Source: Trichodelitschia bisporula
Lineage: Eukaryota
Length of the DNA: 64,000 nt
Reading direction: 5' to 3'
NCBI GenBank assembly: GCA_010356995.1
Contig: ML996697.1
Span: 616,153 to 680,152 of the forward strand
Shown here: positions 11,390-22,428 of the stretch, piece by piece
Layout of the letters: each line of letters begins with the position of its first letter
Position numbering within the stretch: position 1 is the stretch's first letter
Translations under genes and position numbers: made by a program
Notes under the pieces: generated by a model
What the model was told of the DNA's origin: nothing
Databases searched by the model: none
Seen by the model: only the letters and a program-made list of their open reading frames with translations

Positions 11390-12909
11390 CTAGAACCCAA
11401 CTTTTCTCGGCAACCCCGGCAACGGCCCCTGCGGCGGCGGCCCCCGAAACCCATTCATATTCGACGTCGAGGACGTCCGCGTGGGATACGCGCGCTCTCT
11501 TTGCGCCCCGCCGTCCCCACTCAGGGACAAGCCGGCCATGTGCGTGTCCATATCCATAGGCAGCGCGGTCGGCGTCTGCTCGGGGTTCGTGGACGAGCTG
11601 GACGGCGAGGAACTGGATGCGTATTCGGAGGCGCCGCTGCGGGGGAGTGCGTTGGGCCCCTTGACTTCCGGCGATAGTTGGGGCATCAAGTGTGATTTGC
11701 GGTTGTTTTGCACCATCATGCTTACGGCCCAGGCGGGGAGGTCGACGGGGGTGCGGCGGGCGGCTTGGATGAAGGGGTCGGCTTCCTGGGGTAGTGTTAG
11801 TGGGTGGAACTACAGGTACTGCATTGAAGGCAACTTACGAAAAGGTCTTGCGGGGTTGGCCGCAGCGCCGGATCCTTGGTTAGACACTTTTCGACAATCT
11901 GCTCCAGAACAAGAGGGAAGGCGTCGCTCTTTGGCAGCTTCGGAGGCGGCTCGAGGACGATCTGCTGCAGCAGATCCAGGATACCCTGCGGGCCGCCAGG
12001 CTCATCCGCGTTGTCACTCGCGAACGGGAACTTTCCGATCGCAAGCTCCATCAGCGTCAGACCAAAACTCCACACGTCGGACTTAATGGTGTACTGGGCG
12101 CCTTGGATACGCTCGGGCGCCATATATGTGCCGGTTCCGACAAAGGTCTCGGCAACCGAGCCTTCCAGCTCGCTTGAGACGCCAAAGTCGCAGAGCTTGA
12201 TTTGTCCACGAGAGTTGACGAGAATGTTTGAAGGCTTGATGTCTCGGTGCATGATGCGGTGGGTGCGATAGAGGTAAGTGAGTCCTCCGAGGACAGCCTC
12301 GGCAATCTTGCCCAGGACATCGACGCGGACGGGTCCGAAGGTCTTTGAGATGAAGTCGAGCGAGCTACGAGACGGTTAGCAAATGCGTCCACCCGACCAC
12401 CGGCCTCTCGTTATGCATACCCAACGTCCGCGTACTCCATGCACATGATGACATCGCCAGTCTCGTTCATGAAGGCGCCGTAGAAGGATACGATGTAGGG
12501 AGAGTTGCATTCATGCATGATTTGCAGTTCGCGCACGATGCGCTTGCGCACCTCCTTCTTCGCTTCCACGTGGATGATCTGATATCCATTTTAGCCCAAC
12601 ATTCCCTCCTGAAGCAGTGCCAACACATACCTTTCGCGCCATGATAACCTTGGTGGCGGCATGCTGCACCTTGCTGACAGTGCCGCCATTGCCAGCGCCC
12701 AACTCCTTTATCACTACGAGATCCTCAGAGCGGAGGTCGAGGCGGAACTCGACGCCGATTTCCAGGGTATCGCCTCGGTCGAGACTGTTCCCTATCCCAC
12801 CGGGAATCTGCGCGTCGCCGGCGGACGGGACGGGTGTGCGGGGCGGCGCGGCGTTGAGTGCGAGGTTGCGGATGTTCTTCCGCTTCATCGTCTTCGTTTG
12901 GAACGACAT
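11390..12909 (-). CDS. STE7: MAP kinase kinase, Ste7/Mst7/Fuz7 type
   Basis: N-terminal docking site KTMKRKNIRNLAL, ELGAGNGGTV, HRDIKPSNILVNSRGQIKLCDFGVS, activation loop SVAETFVGT. Introns 12579-12630, 12365-12420 and 11786-11838. Confidence 0.92.
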
Positions 12910-13239
12910 TTTGGCGGGTGGTTGGGTTTGGGCGGCTAGACTCTCTAGGCTGCCCGGAATGGAGGGGTGAGAAGGGGAGAGGAGGTTCAGAGGAACGGGC
13001 GCGAAGATGGAAGCGAGACGGGAGAGAGTGCGGAGTTGAGATGAGAGACAGCCACAGCTCAGCGGGGTTCCGATGGGAAAAGGGTCGATGAGGCGCAGGA
13101 GATGTGGGCTGTTACAGCCAACAGCTTGGACTCTTTGCAGTGCTTCGCGGGCGTGTTTCGAGTTGTTGTAAAACGGATGAAGGCGAGATGCGGGAGACGG
13201 ACGGGGTTATTCAACTAGTACCCTAGGGGTTGGTGGTTG

Positions 13240-13345
13240 AAGGGGGGAGGGGATGGGAGGGGGTTGAGTGGATGGGATGTGATGGGTTGGGGGAGGGGAG
13301 GGGAGGGGAGGGGAGGGGAGGGGTGGAGAGGCGTGGAGAGGCGTG
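13240..13345. repeat. G-rich polypurine tract with (GGGGA)n repeats, upstream of STE7
   Basis: ggggaggggagggaggggaggggaggggagggg at about 13290-13323. A CT-rich tract follows at about 13480-13650. Confidence 0.7.
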
Positions 13346-14681
13346 GGTGAGTCGATGGAAGAGAAGCTATTCGGGAGACCACAATGCCGATCAGGGCATT
13401 TGGGCTCTTTAGTTGCAGGAAAGCGTCAAAAAGGACCAATGTTCCTTGTGAATGCTTCTGAGCCTCCTTCTAAACAGTATTTCTTCAGGATATCTCTAGT
13501 CTTTCTCTTGTGTGTCTCCTTTCTGACTCTTTTGTCCTGTTCCTGGCGTCTCACACCTTGGCTCAGACTCTGCCTGTCTCTCACCACACGCTCATCATTC
13601 TCTCTCTCTCCATCGGTCTCCTTCTCCTCTTATTCTTTCATCTCCTAAACTAAAGGGAAGGGCTCGGATCCCTCAGGCTTTTGCCTCGCCACGGACGCAA
13701 CTCTTGCGGACCAGGCCGTGGAGCCAATGGAGCACCAAGTAAGCGCCGACGCGCGGGCACACCCAGGTGAAGGGCGGCAGCAGCTGGGCCGGCAACGCCC
13801 AATGGCGCGGGACGAGCACGGCGATAAATGGACCTGCAGCCGCCTGGCTGACGTATAAGAGAGAAGGAAAGAAGAAGTGGAGGCGAAGGGATGGAAGACA
13901 ATGCACGCATATCAAATGGATAGATGGTGATGATAAAACTGCTAAGAGAGAGAGAGTAGAGAGCCGGCCCCTGATAGTCGAGATGCTCACTAGATCAAAG
14001 TAACTAATCCGTAGATGCTAACTACACAGTAGATTCAATGAGATAAACGAGTCGCCTTGCACATGCTTAGGGCCTTGGAGAAACACTGGTCTGGGGAAGA
14101 GTGCAGCACATGGCGAGTCAACACCAGCGCAGAGTCAACATCCTCCACAAAGTCCTCCAACTGCACCAAAGGCACAAAAGAAGTGGAGTGAGAAGCCGGG
14201 CGGAATGCTCGGAGGAAAAACAACCGAATGCATGTCCAAAACGTGAGACTCTGCGCGTTTCCGACCTCTGCACGCCTCTTCATTGTTCTTCCGCATTGGT
14301 TCTCTTCTCCTCCACTTCATTGTTTTTGGCTTGATTCACAGAATCCACGTGATATCTCTCGAGCCTGCGAAGTCCGACCCGATGGTTACAAAAGCCGATG
14401 TCCCGGTACTCGGTACTCGGGCCGACCCTCATATACCTCCGTATGCGTGGCCGTATGACTCGATAAGATGCTCCTGGCCAACCGTGAGATTCTGAAGCCG
14501 TGGGAGACAAGGCTTCGAGCAAATCAGGCAGAAGATAATGGCATCAATTCATCATGAGTCTTGTCTCCGTCCCTTCGTTGCTGATCTACTATCAAGCCTC
14601 CATCTAGTTCTAGACGTCCAAAGGGTTACCGACCAAAGGAAAGCTGCGGATGCTCTCCGTTTCCTCGAGCAGCCCGATGAC

Positions 14682-16184
14682 CTACTCATCCATCTTATCT
14701 ACCACTGCCCGAAGAGCCGCTTCGCTGTCACCATCAGCCGTTCCAGCAAGCTCAGCCTCGTCAACAGCAGGCACCTCCGGCACCACAGCCTCGCCACCAG
14801 CAGACACCTACACCACATCAGCATTCAGAATCCAGCGCCCCACAGCCCACAGACTTCACTTACCTCCCCCGCCTTCCCCCCATCCTCCAACCCCACCTCC
14901 AGCAGCGCAAACACACTCCCCTCCGGCCTCAACACCCGCCTAATCACCAGCCTCTCATCCGCCGCCCTAACCACCCCCTTCCAATCCGCCAAATCGCGCT
15001 GCTTCCCATTAAAATGGCTCAACACAATAAGATCCACCGCGCGAGCCAACTTCTCCTTCGCCCTCGGCATAGCCCCCGGCTCAGGAACAACCTGATCCAT
15101 AACCAGCACCCTCGCATCGGCATTCCTCTCCAGCGCCGGCACCAGGCCTCGCAGAATTCTTACCGCCGCTTCATCAGGCCAATCGTGCAGAATCTGGCGC
15201 AGTAGGAAGACATCCGCGATGCTGGGCTGCGGGGTGAAGAAATCGTGCGCCCGGAACGTGATCCGGTCGGCCACGTCCGCAGGAACACCAGCCTTGTTCT
15301 GCTCAACCACGTACTCCAGATCCTGAATCTCAAACTTAAGAGCCGGATACGCCCTCGCCAGCGCAACGCTCGAATGCCCCGTACTCCCACCCACATCCAC
15401 AACCCGCCCCCCGCCCAGGCCCGCCCACTCATACCCACCCACCAAATGCTTCACATCATACGCGGGGCTCGTATTAATCGCCGTCATCAGCCTCGCAAAC
15501 CTAGCCGCATGATCCGGGGCGCCTTTCAACCAACCAAACATCGGCAACGGCGTCTCAAAGGCAACGTTAAACGCCGTGTGATCCTTCGCCTCGTCCCCCT
15601 CCCAGCGTTCTGTCATCTCGACCATGCGCACCGAGACCGGGTAGCTGAATTGGATTGCATGCCCAACAGTGTCCAGCACGGAGCCGGGGGCGGAGAGGAG
15701 AGCGGAGAGCGGGGAGTGCGCGACGTGGTCCGAGGCGGGCTCGGTGAATATCCCGTTCGTCATCGCGTAGCGCAGGATCCGGCGGAGGTGCGCGACGGGC
15801 ACGGCGGCGGCGGCGGCGAGGGCCGGGTAGGCGATGCTTCCTGAGGACGGCACGTGCGAGGCGATCTTGAAGTGCACGATCCAGCGCAGGGTTGCGGGGT
15901 CGGAGTACTAGACCGTCAAGCCTTGTGCTGGACACGCGGGATGCACGTACCTCGGTCGCCATGTTGCGCAGCCGATCTGCGGGGCCGAGGACGAGCTCGT
16001 TGAGCGTCCGGACGGCTTCGAGGAGATCATCCCGGGCGGTGATTATGTCGGGGGGCGCGGTGGAGAAGTCGAGGGGGGGTTTGTCGGCAGGCTGGGCGAG
16101 GGCGGTGGTGAGGGTGGTTGTTAGGGAGGCTACTTGCTGCGTTATCTCCTTGAAGAGCGGGGCGGTGTTTGGAGGGAAGGACAT
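14682..16184 (-). CDS. SAM-dependent O-methyltransferase (class II, fungal secondary-metabolite type) with a short acidic C-terminal exon
   Basis: VVDVGGSTGH, QDL, HDFFTPQP, LLRQILHDWPD and an N-terminal winged-helix-type LRRILRYAMT. Introns 15908-15950 and 14808-14863; last exon VSAGGEAVVPEVPAVDEAELAGTADGDSEAALRAVVDKMDE*. Confidence 0.9.
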
Positions 16185-17046
16185 TGTAGATGGTGAGCAA
16201 GTGGCGAGGAGTAAATGTCAGGCTTTGAAGATTAAAGGTGAGGGTACGAAAAAGGGTACACCCAGCAGCGTAGGCCACAGTAGTTAGCAGACAACGAAGA
16301 CAACAACACACAACCCCTCAAGACCCGGGAATCAGCCCATTAAACCTTCCAACGCCCTGCCCGCAGCAGCAAGACCGACCGGCGTTCCTCCCTCTCACCC
16401 CGCAGCAGCAGCAGCAAGAGCGTGCATGGCAGGCCCGTCAACGGCACGGTGCCACATCTCCCAGCCTCGCGTGGGGTTGTAAAAATGGCACCGTGTAACC
16501 ACATTCAGGCTATAAGCCATGGGTTGCCCAGCCTATCGCCGCATCTTACCCAATACCACGCACCCGCTTCTCAACCTGCATTCCCGACGCGCCACCACCT
16601 TATCCCGGCCATCTGGGGCCCAGGATGCCGCGCCGGAGGTCAGGGAATGGGTACATATTCCGGACCGGAGACCGGTGGGCTAGAAGCATAGCTATTACTA
16701 CGGTACTTAGTAGCTGCATATTGTACGATAACTCTTGCACGCTGCATAGGATAGTCTTTGAAGACCTGGGAGATGTAGCTACTGGACTGGTTCAAGTACC
16801 TATTCTAACCATGGAAGCAACTCTTTCTCCGGAGCACATGGTATCCCGCGACGCCATGCATGAATGCTGCATATCGCTTCGAGATTCCCACTTTTCCAGT
16901 CACCTCGCAATGTCACAATAACCAGCTTTCAGCAAAAGAAACCCCCATTTTTATCTCAAGCCCTCAACGCCGCACCCAGCCTTCCATGCAGTAAACGAAA
17001 TCACTACTATAAAATACAAGGTGTCGAACGTCAGCGAAACTCAAGT

Positions 17047-20000
17047 CTAACGGCCGCCATTGTTCATGCTGGTGTAGAGCATCTTGAACCCATTCTTCAG
17101 AGCCCGCATGTCGGGGTACGAGTTCTTCATCAGCTCGAATCCACCCGGAAGGACCTTGACCGGCCAGCTCATCAACTTGGCATCCCTCCCAGCCTTCCAG
17201 ATGAGCCAGAACCAGCCAGGATACTTCGGGTTGATGCAAAAGCCGTACATGGAGCGCCTAGGGTTCGCCTCCGTGTACGTAGACAACCACTGCTCTGCAC
17301 CGAGGTTAGCATACTCCGGAAAATGATTGCGAAAAGAATTACCCGTCTGCGCCTTCGTGCCGCTCTGGTAGCGCTCATCGTTCATCATCTCGTCGACCTT
17401 ACGAGCCATGCCCTTGACGTGCAGCACAATGAGTTCGTCCAAGTCGCTGTACCTGTACCTCCCGCCGATGGTCAACGTCTTGCCCAGCTCAAACGGGCTC
17501 GCCTTGTCGAGCTCCAGGACGTCAATGTGGTCGTAGACGTAGTCCGAGACTTTCCACGTAACCGCAATATGATCCAGGCCCTTTGATGACGGACGGATCA
17601 CCACGTCGCCGCGACTCTGCGATCCGAGGTACTCTTGCGCTTCCTTCGCGTTCATCGCCCGGAAATTCGGATGCTTGATGACACGTGAAGGACGACCGGC
17701 AACCGCCTCCTTTGCCGCTTGTGCAGTTTTGCGATCTGCCTCTTCCTGCTCGTGGTCCCACTCGCCAGGCAGATGATCGAGATGCCGACGGAAGGGGCGG
17801 CGAACGACATCTTCCTTGAGAGAAAGCTGCGCTGTAAGAGCCTTCCTGTTCAAGTAGAGAATTTTGGCTTGGACCGTTTGATGAGTCGAGTAGACAGTCC
17901 GAGGATCCACTCCCCGATCGCCCCCAACACCATCTGGGTACTGCTCGGCACCAATGCCTCCTTCAAGGCCGTTCGTCAGGCGAACCTCAATGTGGTCTTG
18001 GAAGACGCGACGAATCTTGACGGGAACCACCATCTGCTCCTGCAGCGAGTCCAACGTATCTCCGGTGAGCATGGTGTAGATTTCGTCGTGCGTCAGAGGG
18101 AGGAAGCTACGCCGCAGCTCTTCGTACGGAGCCTGCAACTCAGCACGGATGGTCTCAAGCGTGGCCCGCTTCCGGAGGTTGAAGTGGATCAACAGCCTCT
18201 GGGAGTATTCGTCCATGTCAAGCTCGTCCGCTTTCGCTTGCATCTCCTCCCGGACAAACTCGCGAACAGCAGCCTCAATACCATTTTTCGCGATATCTTC
18301 CTCGTCCCAGTCGCAGGCGTCGGCGGCCATCTTCCGAGCCATGTCGTAGTCCTCCGGGTGAATTCGCGTGCTGTCCAGATAGTCCGATTCGTCATCCGTT
18401 TCATCATACTCGAGGTACAAGAAGCTGGCGCAATTGGCGAAAATAGTAGCACCTACAGCCGGCGCGATCCCCCTCTCATCGTCACCAACAAGATCGCTAC
18501 GAAGCTTCAAATTGCCCCCATTGCGCCCAATCACGGTGAGAATATGATTTGCCTTGCGGGGCCCAAGCCCGGAAACGTACTGCAGCAAATTTGCAATCTG
18601 AGGGTTCGACGTGGCCTCGTGCATGTTGACGCCGACCAGGTTGACTATGTCAATCAACGCAGTTTCCAAGTACTTGAAGAGCTTTTCCTTCGGCACGAGG
18701 TCTTGATTAGGGTCCCAGTTAATCGACGTGATATCTTTGCCCAGGGAAGCATACTCCAGCATCGGATTCCTGAGATACCGAGCGAGTGCGACGCAGTACC
18801 TGCCAAGTGGGGGGAACGAGGGGAATTCGACAGCGGCGCGAGGGCTTGACTGATAAAGGCGTGCAACCTCATCATTGACCATGATGACTTCGACTTTGCT
18901 CGTCTCCTCGTCCGGGTCGTCAATTTCGAGGGTGAGATCAAACTTGTCAATGATCTCCTGGACGTCCTTGTAAAGCTTACGCGCCTCGACCTTGAATCCC
19001 GAGATGCCAATGACATCTGGCTTGCGGCGCTTGATCAGATCGACAAGTTTTTCGACGTCCTTTCCATCGGGCAGGTATTTCTCCGGATTGCCGGGCCTGA
19101 GATCAGTGTACTTGCCGTTCTCAGGGATACGGCCATCATCGTCCATGAAAATCCAACAGACGGCATCGTGCCCAGGGACTCCGTTACCGTTCGACATGGC
19201 CAAGACTCTAGGCGTCGTCCCAAGCTCCGTACCCTTGGGCTTGTACGGTGCTTGATCCAGCTTCTCGTTAAACCGGCCGCGGCACGCCTTCGCCAGCTGG
19301 GTCTCGCATTCTGCCTTGAGGGTCTCCTTGACACCGCGGGCGATGTGTGTTTCGAGCTTCTCGAAGGCCATGTCGACCATCTCGCGGCGCAAGCGGTTCC
19401 AGGCTTCAGCGATGTCGCTCACATTGTCGGAAACGATGCACGAGTACAGCTTCTGCTTGAAGGCATCCCGGTTGATCAGAGTGATCTTCACTTCGACGAG
19501 TCCCTCACTCTCAGCCTTCAGCATCCTCAAGAATAGCTCCGGACGCCGCGCCATCTCGCTAACGTCCTGGTTGCGCAAGTATTTGAACTCGTAGTAGCGA
19601 TGCTCCTCGGTGATGGTTTTGGCTCCTTTGGCAGTCCGGATGCAATCGAACCTCGCACTGTAGTAAAATTCTTGACGAATAAACCGGCGAAGCCTCGGAC
19701 TCATTGCAAGCTGTTCAGAAAACATCGCCATAGCGGCTTGAAGGACCTTCTGACCAGTAGAAAACTCAGGAGGATCCAGGAGGGCATCTGCTAGGTCGTC
19801 AGGAAGTTGAGCAGGGTCTTCGGTGTACTGCCGGGGCCCCGACGTGGAGACGTTCTGCGCGAATGCGTCTGCAGTAATGCCGACCGCACGAACAAGGGTG
19901 TATGCTCGGCTTGCACGCAGTCGTTCCCAGCGAGCTCCTCGAGTTTTGGCACGTTTGAGAGCGCCATTCGTTTCTTGTTCCATGAGGCTGAGGTCCTTCA

Positions 20001-21412
20001 GCTGGGCCGAGTACTGGAAATGGAAGTAGTCCATAAGATCTTGGACATCCTCAACGTTGACAACCTTGGGGAGCAATTCATTGATGAGAGGGTCATCAAT
20101 CTCCCCGGCATCCCGGAGAGCACTATAGGCAGCATTGAGCGCGTCCCGCTTCTCCACCAGACCATTCCACCGCAGATCAAAGTCGAAAATGTCCCAGAGA
20201 TCTTCTTGATTTAACAGCTTCTCCGGAGCGGGCCCATCGTAGTGATCGTCAGACATTTCTACATCGCCGTTCGCATTGCGATCGTATATGAGATAATCCT
20301 TGCGCTGCTGCATGATGAATGGAACTTCGAAATTAGAGGTGACCATGAAGTCAAGAATCTTGCCGACCATGGCGGTCAGAGGCTCGTGCATGAACCGATC
20401 GAAGCGCTTCTTGGGCAAAATCAGATCGGCAATCCACTTGGCCTCCTCCTTTAGCAGTTCTTTAGCCTCGCCTTCGGTACGGGTGGCGAGCCGGAAGGCT
20501 TTCCGAGCGATTTGATGGCGTTCAGGGATGTCCGTAAGACGAATGACGTTATCTTCATCCGTCATCATCTTGTCAACGAGCTGTGATGGCTCGAAAACAT
20601 CCTTGAGCGATAGCGCATTGGTGTCATCCTGGGCTGTTTCGTCGGCTTCAGCTTGCATCCGCAAGGCCCATTCGTACTCGTTGCCGTCGCCAAAAGCAGC
20701 TCGGTAATCCTCCATGGTTTGCTCGTCGAACCCGGAAATGTCGATGTCTGCAAAGCCGGTGAGGGGCTTTCGACCGGGACGGGCCACTTCTTGTTCCTCA
20801 ATCATCCGGTCGCGCTCTTCATCCTCGAATTCATCCGATTCAATGAAATCGGCGAACTCATCGACTTCCGTACGCTCCTTATATCCCACATGCCCTTCTT
20901 CATCATCTTCGTCGTCGGAAAAAATGTCATTTTGTGACTTGGCTGTACGCACTTGACGATGACCTTGCTTGAGCCGCTTGAACTTGTGCTGCATGGCTGT
21001 TAGTCATAAATGTAATTAAAGTGATAAGACATACCTTTGTAGTTGTTTTCGGCTCGATGTGCTCGCCGATGAGGTCCAAGTCTTCTTCATCCAAAGCCTC
21101 TTCCTCTATCTCGCGTTCAGCGCGACGACGTTTGCGACGATGCTTTCCAGGCCGCCGGACTTCCTCCTCGCCCTCCTCTTCCTCATCTTCGTCGACAATG
21201 AACCCTTCAGCTACCTGAGAGATGTTAGTTGCGATAATGAACAGAAACGACGAACCCACCGCTTTGGCAAGCTCCTCATCATCATCCTCCTCTTCCTCAC
21301 TCGAGTCATCGAGGGCACCATTTGAGGCCTTGGGGCGGCGGATCCCCTCCTCCTCGTCCTCATAGTCTTCCTCACTGCCGACCTCCGCATCAATGTCCAC
21401 CAAGCTCGCCAT
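17047..21412 (-). CDS. SPT6: Transcription elongation factor / histone chaperone Spt6
   Basis: Acidic N-terminus [20 protein letters not shown], YqgF/HhH core ([20 protein letters not shown]), S1 domain, tandem SH2 ([24 protein letters not shown]). Introns 21215-21259, 20989-21034 and 17295-17342. Confidence 0.96.
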
Positions 21413-22428
21413 GATGGTGGTTACGCAATGTGTGACACGAAATGACGAAGAAGAAACAAAGATTGGACGGTGTGCAGTTTGTGGTGAGTATTGGTGAAGC
21501 CTGGGGGAGCGTTGGCTGTCGGGTGTGGTGGATGATGATGGTTTTGTTCTGGATTCCCAGGAGATGGTCGCGTCCGTCGGGACGCGGGCGAGGCGCTCAG
21601 AGGAATATTGTTTCTCCGCCCCAGACGCCAAGGACGCCTTGTTCAACTTTGCTGCGCCACCAAAAGGCAAGGCAGCCACAACATTTCTTGGCCATATGTA
21701 TATCACATGACAGCCTCACGGGATAGCACTCCCGAGACTCCGTCTAAATAACTTGTGAAACTCAATTCTGTATACCGGTATGTGAGGTGCAGAAAGTTGG
21801 CTTCCGTATATACTTACGGAGTATGCCTTCTAAATATCGAGACTCCCGCTAATGGTTTAGATTGTTTCATTGGCATACGGTGACGTGACCCGGATTTCCC
21901 TCAGCATTCACCTTCCGACGCCTCCCAAAGCTTGTTACCCATCTTCACTCTGGTGGTAAAACGCGACGTTTCCCTCAAACATACTCACTGAAGCCATGTC
22001 AGTAGGCTAGCTTCTAAATCTGAAGAGCTCTGAGACTGCCGCCGAATTGCCCTTCGAAGCTGTACACAATAGTTTTGTGCACATATAAGGTTACTAACAG
22101 GAAAGTTGTCTTGACATAAGAGGCAAAGTTCTGACAGGACAGGCAAAGCTATCTTCCGCAGAGATCCAAATCCACAGTCTTCGCAACAGCTAAGAATCCG
22201 GTATGACATATGCATGCTAATCTACACAAAGGCTAAAATCGGTACAAGAATCAGATATTGAAGCAGGATCATGTACAGCACACTCCATGCGTCATAAAAA
22301 GAAGCCACCGTTGTCTGCCCCATATCATCAGCCGAAAAGAGCCGTGCATGCAACCCGAGCGCCCACAATGACAATTCGTTCCTCATGAGAAAAAAAAGAC
22401 CAAACGAATTCGCAAGACCGATGCCATA

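Noticed and set aside
127..16184. RiPP (ustiloxin/dikaritin-like) or other biosynthetic cluster suggested by the S41 peptidase plus O-methyltransferase
   Set aside because: No DUF3328/UstY oxidase, no KR-repeat precursor and no backbone enzyme. The two genes are separated by housekeeping genes and the peptidase is broken.
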